Under the pieces are notes generated by a model. The model was not told the DNA's origin. It ran no database searches and worked only from the letters and a program-made list of their open reading frames with translations. From a virus, in IMG/VR virus record IMGVR_UViG_3300026554_000027, positions 1 through 47,288 of that record: a stretch of DNA of 47,288 nt; one strand, 5' to 3'. Position numbers and translations under genes: made by a program. Below, piece after piece: positions 6,315-11,949 of this stretch. The stretch's first letter is position 1. Each line of letters begins with the position of its first letter.

Positions 6315-6524
6315 TTATGCCTCCGTAACAAATACAGTATAACCAAATTGACGCAGCTCGTTAGCTCTCTTTTGAGCTTCCTTGAAATTGTAAAAATATT
6401 CACGTGTGGCGTTTTTAGAATATTGACTAGGCCATGCGAAAACTACATAAGTTTTCCGACACAGCAACAGCATGGCAACGAGCGCAAATACCAACATCGA
6501 TGACCAGAATAATGCGTTGATCAT
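6315..6524 (-). CDS. small membrane protein
   Basis: N-terminal hydrophobic helix ALFWSSMLVFALVAMLLL. Confidence 0.55.
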   Translation of the reverse strand: MINALFWSSMLVFALVAMLLLCRKTYVVFAWPSQYSKNATREYFYNFKEAQKRANELRQFGYTVFVTEA

Positions 6525-6572
6525 AGACCGTCTTTCCCTTCTGGCCGTCCAGCCGATACCGCAGCTTATAGG

Positions 6573-6716
6573 TTAAATTTCAGATCCCACTAATACCCTA
6601 ATAAGATTCTCTGGAATCGAGTACATCTTCGCACAGGCTCGGCGAGCTTGCTTTGCACTGTCGCACAAGATGTTTAGATAAGCGTTTGAGTCATAGTAGC
6701 AGTAGTATCTTTTCAT
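6573..6716 (-). CDS. small hypothetical ORF (47 aa)
   Basis: GGAGGG RBS 6 nt upstream of ATG. Confidence 0.4.
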   Translation of the reverse strand: MKRYYCYYDSNAYLNILCDSAKQARRACAKMYSIPENLIRVLVGSEI

Positions 6717-6801
6717 GGTATCCCTCCGGTTTTATTGTAGGCTATAAGCCCCATGTCTACCACCAACAAGTGATGATAGATAGCGGATTATAGATTGTTT
6801 G

Positions 6802-7050
6802 TTAATATCTTCCGTGTAAAATGTATTCAAGACGTTTGTGAACTGTTTCCAGGTCTGCGGCAATTGCTTTTAATTCTGTTCTATTGCATTTTGAAAATTC
6901 TTCACGCTTGTGTTTGTATGAGTTTCCTGTTCCGTCCTCTAGTGGTTCTACAGCTTCAAAAATACGGCTCGCGTAATCTCTTATATAATCATACAAATTT
7001 ACCTCATTTACACTATTATAATCCGATGCTTTGACTCTGGTAATTTTCAT
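6802..7050 (-). CDS. hypothetical protein
   Basis: 82-aa ORF with AAGAGGG RBS. Confidence 0.6.
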   Translation of the reverse strand: MKITRVKASDYNSVNEVNLYDYIRDYASRIFEAVEPLEDGTGNSYKHKREEFSKCNRTELKAIAADLETVHKRLEYILHGRY

Positions 7051-7125
7051 ATTTTATGCCCTCTTTTCTTTTTGTAGGCTAATCGCCCCATAATGCCCAC
7101 TATCACTAATGAGCACTTGCGATGA

Positions 7126-7422
7126 TTAGAAATTCATGGCCAGGAATCGATCACTGTTAATCGGAATGATAATTGTATCATCGATTTGGTTCATGCTGGA
7201 ATATTCCTTGTTATAATCGTGATTAAATTCTTCGATTGATTCATATTCCGTCCACTCGCAGCAAAGGCCGATTACATCCAATTCCTGCTCAACGCCTGCA
7301 TCCTCCTCGAGATCAGTCAAATATTCGTACAATGCGTTGAGACCACTATAGCTGAAATTTTCTTTGCGTCTAGATCGAATGAAGGCATCCCTAAAATCAC
7401 TTTGGTATACTGTCTGTTTCAT
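7126..7422 (-). CDS. acidic hypothetical protein
   Basis: 98-aa ORF with AGAGGGAAAG RBS. Contains the D/E-rich stretch LTDLEEDAGVEQELD. Confidence 0.6.
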   Translation of the reverse strand: MKQTVYQSDFRDAFIRSRRKENFSYSGLNALYEYLTDLEEDAGVEQELDVIGLCCEWTEYESIEEFNHDYNKEYSSMNQIDDTIIIPINSDRFLAMNF

Positions 7423-7461
7423 CGTCTTTCCCTCTTTTCTGTTTTTTATTGGACTAGCGTT

Positions 7462-7836
7462 TCAGATAATCTCTTTAGTCAATGCATAGTAATATGTATC
7501 TAACAAATACTCTTTTATGTCGTTTTTGTTTTTGCCAGATATAGTTAAATCAAGTCCACTAAACGATGGCCTAACTGTGATAACGTGATCAGTCCATCCA
7601 TCATAGAAGCCATTTTCGTCCATATGATGAAATGATAACGTTAGTTTGAATTGATTCGCTTTAAGATCCCTTGTATCAATTTTTGTTCCGCAGTCAATGC
7701 CAGACCCGGACGGCAAATTCTTTTCAAGCTCGATCAATTTTTCCGTGTGCTTGTCCAGCCATTCACTATTGCTAGACTTCTTACAATTCTCAATGGCCAT
7801 TAACCTAGAGTAAATCTCACTTGCTACAGTTTTCAT
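7462..7836 (-). CDS. hypothetical protein
   Basis: 124-aa ORF with GGAGGG RBS. Probably the first solid gene of the leftward early operon. Confidence 0.65.
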   Translation of the reverse strand: MKTVASEIYSRLMAIENCKKSSNSEWLDKHTEKLIELEKNLPSGSGIDCGTKIDTRDLKANQFKLTLSFHHMDENGFYDGWTDHVITVRPSFSGLDLTISGKNKNDIKEYLLDTYYYALTKEII

Positions 7837-7872
7837 TTTTATCCCTCCAGTTGTTTTTTATTGGACTAGCGT

Positions 7873-7894
7873 TGACTGTCTTGTGACTGTCTTG
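7873..7894. repeat. tandem 11-bp direct repeat tgactgtcttg x2
   Basis: Read directly from the sequence, in the 5' leader of the leftward early operon. Confidence 0.8.
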
Positions 7895-8031
7895 TCGCTG
7901 TCCCATGATTCCATCATAAACACTACTATATAGGCTGTCAACACTAAAATCCATCTTTTTACGTAGCCATGGCAACCAAACGGAATAGCAATAATATGTT
8001 ATATTCACTACTGCATATTTATTCAATATTC

Positions 8032-8045
8032 TGCATAATTATGCA
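8032..8045. promoter_or_regulatory. perfect 14-bp palindrome TGCATAATTATGCA (operator candidate at the head of the leftward early operon)
   Basis: Read directly from the sequence. A TTGATT box lies 17-19 nt upstream on the minus strand. Confidence 0.45.
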
Positions 8046-8237
8046 ACTCTTATAAGGCAGCAAATCAATAATTATAGTAAACTTTTCCATAACTTTGGTT
8101 TACTAACTGAATGAAACTCAAATAGCACGGCCTATGCAAGCAACAACCAAAGCGCCTATAATCAGCACTCGCAAGCTCTACCTATAACCTGAATCGTAAA
8201 ATAAAACCAAGCTATAGCTTTAAACTATGCCTTGCAA

Positions 8238-8274
8238 TAAAAAAATCCGGATCACTCTTTACTGTAATCCGGAT
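8238..8274 (-). terminator. intrinsic terminator (minus strand)
   Basis: Two copies of the self-complementary ATCCGGAT give an 8-bp stem and 14-nt loop, followed by TTTTTTTATT on the minus strand. Confidence 0.6.
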
Positions 8275-8309
8275 CATTGTAATCTTTTGCGATTTTTTGT
8301 AATTTTTTG

Positions 8310-8486
8310 TTATTGGTTAAGTTTGATTCTGTACTGGATCGAATGAAAGCCAATGATGATATCTGTTATAGCAATTGGACGTGCCATATTGCCTAGTTTA
8401 ACCCTGTCGCCGATGCAATAGGCTTTGCGGATGTTTGCGATATGATAGAGTGATCCGTGGCCTTCAAACATTAATTCTTGTTTCAT
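8310..8486 (-). CDS. small hypothetical ORF (58 aa)
   Basis: AAAGGGGA RBS. Second gene of an isolated two-gene unit. Confidence 0.4.
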   Translation of the reverse strand: MKQELMFEGHGSLYHIANIRKAYCIGDRVKLGNMARPIAITDIIIGFHSIQYRIKLNQ

Positions 8487-8515
8487 GTTATTATCCCCTT
8501 TCGCTGAGTGGTGGA

Positions 8516-8779
8516 CTATAGCAACACTATTCCACTTGTCTTGTCTAACGGTGAAACGTTATGGTCAAGATAGGCAATCAGAGCGAGACACTCAACCTCA
8601 GAGTCGCACAGCATTCTATAGTTTACCCTGTCGCTGTTGATATACGTGTCAATCTTGCGCAAGATTTTAGGATTCAGCGCGTCGAATTGCTCGTCAGACA
8701 GATAGGCGATAGGATAATAAACTCGTCCCCTGTGCGGGTGCTGGTAGGATTCTACTTGCCAGTTCATTGTACGCTTCAT
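8516..8779 (-). CDS. hypothetical protein (87 aa)
   Basis: ATG at 8779 with a GAAGGGAG RBS. The longer track ORF start has no RBS. Confidence 0.5.
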   Translation of the reverse strand: MKRTMNWQVESYQHPHRGRVYYPIAYLSDEQFDALNPKILRKIDTYINSDRVNYRMLCDSEVECLALIAYLDHNVSPLDKTSGIVLL

Positions 8780-8825
8780 AGTGTTATCTCCCTTCATTTG
8801 CCTGCTTTGTGCAGGTCGTGGCCTA

Positions 8826-8854
8826 ACGATAGCGCGTGTCGCTTTGCCTGTCAA
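8826..8854 (-). promoter_or_regulatory. sigma-A-like promoter (TTGACA, 17-nt spacer, TATCGT)
   Basis: On the minus strand: cgtgTTGACAggcaaagcgacacgcgcTATCGT, about 50 nt upstream of ORF 8516..8779. Confidence 0.5.
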
Positions 8855-9098
8855 CACGTTCAATGCATGTTATTCCGTGCTGTTTACCGTTCGTAGCCAT
8901 GGCAACATGATAGCAAGTCTTGAGAGAGAATAGCAGGGCAAGGGATGGATCTGTGCTTTGCTCGGCTGGCTGTAATTGGCTGATGCTGGCTGTCTCTGCA
9001 TGGCAAGGATAGCATCGTTTGGTATCGTGGCTTTGCTGTTTAGCGTGCTCTGATGGACGGATCAAGCCTTGCGCGTATAAGGATAGATGCCAGGCTGA

Positions 9099-9124
9099 TG
9101 ATCGTTTGTGATCACCTGTGATCG
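9099..9124. repeat. three helically phased TGATC(A/G) hexamers within a 13-bp direct repeat (tgatcgtttgtga x2, period 20)
   Basis: TGATCG at 9099, TGATCA at 9109 and TGATCG at 9119. The palindrome GTGATCAC lies at 9108..9115. Confidence 0.8.
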
Positions 9125-9454
9125 TTTGTGAGCGGCAATCGGCAAGCTGTTTTGTGGGGGTACTGATGCAGGACAGGGCAGGTTATATGATTATTTTAAC
9201 GTGTAAACTGACAGCGGATCGAGCGGACTGGGGCGGGGGTTACCTCGGTTTCGCGCGCACAAGCTGGTACGGTACTAGCGATATTCAAATCAGCCAGACA
9301 AAAAGAACTTCTACCAGGAGGCTACGTTGGTGTTTGAGGTGCCAAATCGAGGTTGACAAGTGACATTCAAATCATACTCACAAAAAAGAGTTTACAAGTA
9401 TGCTTATTTGGCGGATGAAATAAGCACGGAAGTAAAGACGGACAAAGTATGGTG

Positions 9455-9482
9455 TTGACAACCATAAAAGTTGTGGTATAAT
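9455..9482 (+). promoter_or_regulatory. near-consensus sigma-A promoter with extended -10 (TTGACA, 16-nt spacer, TGgTATAAT)
   Basis: gtgTTGACAaccataaaagttgTGgTATAAT, read directly from the sequence. Confidence 0.7.
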
Positions 9483-9490
9483 CGCGCGAT

Positions 9491-9522
9491 CGTGCGTGCG
9501 TGTGCGCACGCGTGCGTTTTAT
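9491..9522 (+). terminator. GC-rich hairpin plus T-run (intrinsic terminator) immediately downstream of promoter 9455..9482
   Basis: 9494-9503 pairs with 9508-9517 (10 bp including G-U pairs), followed by ttttatattt. There is no T-run in the minus orientation. Confidence 0.55.
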
Positions 9523-9638
9523 ATTTATTAATTTCTTTCTTTATTTAGAAGAGTTAATTCTTTTTCTTTGCTTACTTTCTTTTTCTTATCAGAGAAACCT
9601 TTTTTCTTTCTTTATCGGAAAAGTGAAATGGAATTGGC

Positions 9639-9670
9639 AAAAATAAAAAGACCGAGTTTTTGGCTCGATC
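9639..9670 (-). terminator. intrinsic terminator ending the RHH mini-operon
   Basis: On the minus strand: GATCGAG-CCAAAAA-CTCGGTC stem-loop followed by TTTTTATTTTT. Confidence 0.65.
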
Positions 9671-9696
9671 TTTCCGGTTTGTTTGCTTTGACTTGG

Positions 9697-9924
9697 CTAC
9701 TCCTCATCGTTTTCAGTAATAATCTCGATTACATCGTCCAGCATTTCTGTTGCTTCATAGATATTGTCTAAGATTTTTGAATACCTTATTCCGTCTTTAC
9801 CTTCTTCTTCGCTTTCTGGCAGTTCGTCGAAAAGATCGGAGACGCTTTCTTCCAGAAGCTCCAAATCTAGTTTCAGATCTTCGATCAGTTTAGTAATGCG
9901 CTGAATTTCCCTTTTGATTTCCAC
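9697..9924 (-). CDS. acidic coiled-coil hypothetical protein (GTG start)
   Basis: AAGGAGG RBS 8 nt before GTG. 75 aa, E/D/L-rich. Confidence 0.55.
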   Translation of the reverse strand: MEIKREIQRITKLIEDLKLDLELLEESVSDLFDELPESEEEGKDGIRYSKILDNIYEATEMLDDVIEIITENDEE

Positions 9925-9927
9925 AAT

Positions 9928-10221
9928 TCAAACCTCCTTGTATGTCAGGCTGGAATATTTCTTGTCCAACTCTGCAATCAGCCTCTTGATTTCGTCCTGT
10001 TTCGCCATAAGTTCTTCAAGTGAATTAGATTCTGCCACGGCAAGCCTTGTCTGACGCACGCACAGGCCTGCCAAGGCGTTTCCTAGGTCGGAGTAATAAA
10101 GGAAGTCATATGCCGTTCGTTCCTTGCCTGTACGCTTGTCCACACGCTTTCCGATTTCCTTTGCCAAGATGAACTGTTTTTCGTCTGCGTCGAGGTAGTA
10201 ATTGTCTATCAGATGAATCAT
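9928..10221 (-). CDS. hypothetical protein
   Basis: 97-aa ORF. Its ATG overlaps the stop of the RHH gene (ATGA). Confidence 0.6.
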   Translation of the reverse strand: MIHLIDNYYLDADEKQFILAKEIGKRVDKRTGKERTAYDFLYYSDLGNALAGLCVRQTRLAVAESNSLEELMAKQDEIKRLIAELDKKYSSLTYKEV

Positions 10222-10349
10222 TGCTTAATCTCCTTTTCCACTGCTGTTCGGATAAGTTCACCTACCGAAATGCCCATCAGTTTTGCGTATTCCACCCATG
10301 TCTGCTTCTGCTCCGGCGAGATTCTCAAGATAATGTTTGCTGTTTTCAT
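10218..10349 (-). CDS. ribbon-helix-helix (CopG/Arc-like) DNA-binding protein
   Basis: 43 aa with a GAAAGGAG RBS. The pattern NIILRISPEQKQTWVEYAKLMGISVGELIRTAVEKE fits beta-strand/helix/helix. Confidence 0.55.
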   Translation of the reverse strand: MKTANIILRISPEQKQTWVEYAKLMGISVGELIRTAVEKEIKQ

Positions 10350-10375
10350 AGTTCACACTCCTTTCTGTGTAACTA

Positions 10376-10406
10376 CATTGTACCATGGTAAATACAATGC
10401 TGTCAA
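10376..10406 (-). promoter_or_regulatory. promoter of the RHH operon (TTGACA, 18-nt spacer, TGgTACAAT) overlapped by the inverted repeat CATTGTA-N10-TACAATG
   Basis: -35 at 10401..10406 and -10 at 10377..10382 (minus strand). The inverted repeat at 10376..10399 spans the -10 and the spacer. Confidence 0.6.
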
Positions 10407-10509
10407 TACGTCATCTTTCTTACATATTCATCACTTTATGGTGACGACAGCGTTTTCTGGTAGTGTTAGACTATACATGGCTACGTTGTTTGACGGCTAA
10501 GGAGGCTGC

Positions 10510-11274
10510 ATGGAATCAATCAAAATGCTGTGCTACGATTTCCCGGACAAAGAGTACATCACGCTACACGGACTGGCAGACACGCACATAGGCTCACCGC
10601 AATTCGAGAGGGTAAAGCTTGAAAAGCATCTTGCAAAGATCATGAGCGATCCAAATAGCTATTTGGTGCTTGCTGGCGACCTGATAGACAACGGTCTGAA
10701 GGGATCAAAGACAAATGTATATCGGCAGACGATGAGTCCTGATGAGCAGATAGACTTGGCTGGTTCGTTGTTTGAACCGTATAAGGATCGTATTCTCTGC
10801 ATGGATGATGGCAACCATGAGCGAAGAAGTGTTCTGGAAGCGGATATCAGCCCAACGAGATTGCTTGCATACAGGCTAGGATTGTCTGATAGATACCACC
10901 GAATTATGAGTTTTTTAAGGATTTCTGTCGGGCAAAGACGGAACGGACACGTGGATAGACCGGTTTATTCGGTCGCTGTGCACCACGGAGCGAGCAGTAA
11001 CGTTCACACGCAGAACAATTACGCGATCAGTTGTGGCGCAGATGTATTCATGACAGGGCACACGCACAGGCCTAGAACCGAGCCATTGGAACGATATGAG
11101 ATGGACTTGCAGCAGAAGGTTGCAAGATTGAAGCCGATTTACATGTGTGTGCTGACATCGTGGATGAGATACGGTGATTACGGCGCAGAGAAGATGTTGA
11201 AGCCAAACGGCGTGCATCCTAACTGGGTGAAGCTGTATGGTGGCGAAAGACAAGTTGAGGTAACGCAATCATGA
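10510..11274 (+). CDS. calcineurin-like metallophosphoesterase (Mre11/SbcD- or phosphatase-like)
   Basis: Motifs GLADTHIG, LAGDLIDNG, GNHE, HHG and GHTH appear in the canonical order. AAGGAGG RBS. Confidence 0.85.
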   Translation: MESIKMLCYDFPDKEYITLHGLADTHIGSPQFERVKLEKHLAKIMSDPNSYLVLAGDLIDNGLKGSKTNVYRQTMSPDEQIDLAGSLFEPYKDRILCMDDGNHERRSVLEADISPTRLLAYRLGLSDRYHRIMSFLRISVGQRRNGHVDRPVYSVAVHHGASSNVHTQNNYAISCGADVFMTGHTHRPRTEPLERYEMDLQQKVARLKPIYMCVLTSWMRYGDYGAEKMLKPNGVHPNWVKLYGGERQVEVTQS

Positions 11275-11432
11275 GTTATTGCCGATATAGAGACAAGGAA
11301 TGTTCCGCTTGCAACGCTAATGGGACTTGCATCTATCAGATGTGTCCACACTTGATGGCCGAGATTTACCGGCTGGAAAAGAGAGTGGGCGAGTTGACTG
11401 CTTGCCAAGATAGCGGTATAATGGACGAGTAA
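11271..11432 (+). CDS. small Cys-rich hypothetical ORF (53 aa)
   Basis: ATGA overlap with the upstream stop. 7 Cys residues. Confidence 0.45.
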   Translation: MSYCRYRDKECSACNANGTCIYQMCPHLMAEIYRLEKRVGELTACQDSGIMDE

Positions 11433-11548
11433 CAAGTTTACCAGGACTTTTACGCACAATTTAATAATGGCAGCAGGAAACTGTTCGCCGTTGACCGGAT
11501 GAATCCATTGACCAGCCTCTGATTAGTGATGAGCTACCAGACGAGCAG

Positions 11549-11576
11549 TTGACGGATTTTTTCGTTATGTTAATAT
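11549..11576 (+). promoter_or_regulatory. promoter (TTGACG, 16-nt spacer, TGtTAATAT)
   Basis: cagTTGACGgattttttcgttaTGtTAATAT. This is the first copy of a duplicated promoter block. Confidence 0.5.
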
Positions 11577-11596
11577 AAAAAGAAAAGGGGTTTAAT

Positions 11597-11785
11597 ATGG
11601 CATCAACGGCAAAAAGGTATGGGTTTGTTGACGTTGCAACATCCGCAAAGATTTATAAGAAATTGAAAGACACGCCTACTAGGTCGTTTGCTGGTAAAAA
11701 AGTTGCTGAATCTGTTCGGCTAACAAAGGCGCAGCGCAACGCTGGAGAATTGCCAGAACAAAACAAAAAACGCAAAAAGAAATAA
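11597..11785 (+). CDS. small basic protein (62 aa, K/R-rich C-terminus)
   Basis: AAAGGGG RBS 7 nt upstream. Flanked by the duplicated promoter blocks. Confidence 0.45.
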   Translation: MASTAKRYGFVDVATSAKIYKKLKDTPTRSFAGKKVAESVRLTKAQRNAGELPEQNKKRKKK

Positions 11786-11799
11786 CATAACAGCTACCA

Positions 11800-11828
11800 T
11801 TGACGGATTTTTTCGTTAGTGCTACAAT
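11800..11828 (+). promoter_or_regulatory. promoter (TTGACG, 17-nt spacer, TGcTACAAT)
   Basis: catTGACGgattttttcgttagTGcTACAAT. This is the second copy of the block agctacca..ttgacggattttttcgtta. Confidence 0.6.
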
Positions 11829-11834
11829 GTGGAT

Positions 11835-11928
11835 AGCCATTCACTCGCTCCTTTCGTACGTTTTTCATCGATGCACCTCCCTCCTCGCATGAGAGAGTCG
11901 GTTTCCCTCCCGGCTCTCTTTTGTTTTC
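11835..11928 (+). ncRNA. candidate small RNA (about 95 nt) between promoter 11800..11828 and terminator 11891..11930
   Basis: No plus-strand ORF with an RBS. Contains CACCUCCCUCCUC (11874..11886), complementary to GGAGG-type SD sequences. Confidence 0.35.
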
Positions 11929-11930
11929 GT
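11891..11930 (+). terminator. intrinsic terminator
   Basis: 11-bp stem (11891-11901 with 11910-11920), 8-nt loop, then ttgttttcgtttt. Confidence 0.7.
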
Positions 11931-11934
11931 TTTA

Positions 11935-11943
11935 TGGTATAAT
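11935..11943 (+). promoter_or_regulatory. extended -10 element TGgTATAAT (weak or no -35)
   Basis: Same TGgTATAAT as at 9474..9482. The -35 position falls in the terminator arm. Confidence 0.35.
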
Positions 11944-11949
11944 GTTGTT

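Noticed and set aside
7817-8026. 69-aa minus-strand ORF at the head of the early operon
   Set aside because: It starts with TTG and has no RBS, and its internal ATG also lacks an RBS. Its composition is odd (W/Y/C-rich). It overlaps the repeat-containing leader and the start of 7462..7836.
9128-9228. Cluster of three AGCGG pentamers (Bacillus-type Chi) and GCGCGTG-like words (Lactococcus-type Chi) as end-protection signals
   Set aside because: The host and its Chi sequence are unknown. Five- to seven-mers are too short for three occurrences to carry weight without a genome-wide count. I note it only as part of the general repetitiveness of the ORF-free region.
8823-9363. Track ORFs 8823..9065 (minus) and 9118..9363 (plus) in the ORF-free region
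   Set aside because: Neither has a Shine-Dalgarno sequence. Their composition is implausible (C/H/Q/S- or R/C/W/G-rich). 8823..9065 would run through the promoter I assign at 8826..8854. I treat the region as non-coding.
9477-9517. Protelomerase target (telRL-like) because of TATAATCGCGCGAT plus alternating CG/TG, reminiscent of the N15 telO core
   Set aside because: The perfect palindrome is only 10 bp (ATCGCGCGAT) and its flanks are not symmetric. No protelomerase or tyrosine-recombinase gene exists in the genome.
11610-11850. Minus-strand 56-aa hydrophobic ORF with an AAAGGAG RBS, antisense to ORF 11597..11785 (type I toxin/antisense-RNA idea), and a 24-aa minus-strand micro-ORF after GGAGGTG at about 11795..11870
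   Set aside because: The hydrophobic F/C/V run is simply the complement of the K-rich (AAA/AAG) C-terminus of the plus-strand ORF. The terminators here are plus-oriented, and I found no minus-strand promoter. I mention it only as an alternative to test under the sRNA finding.
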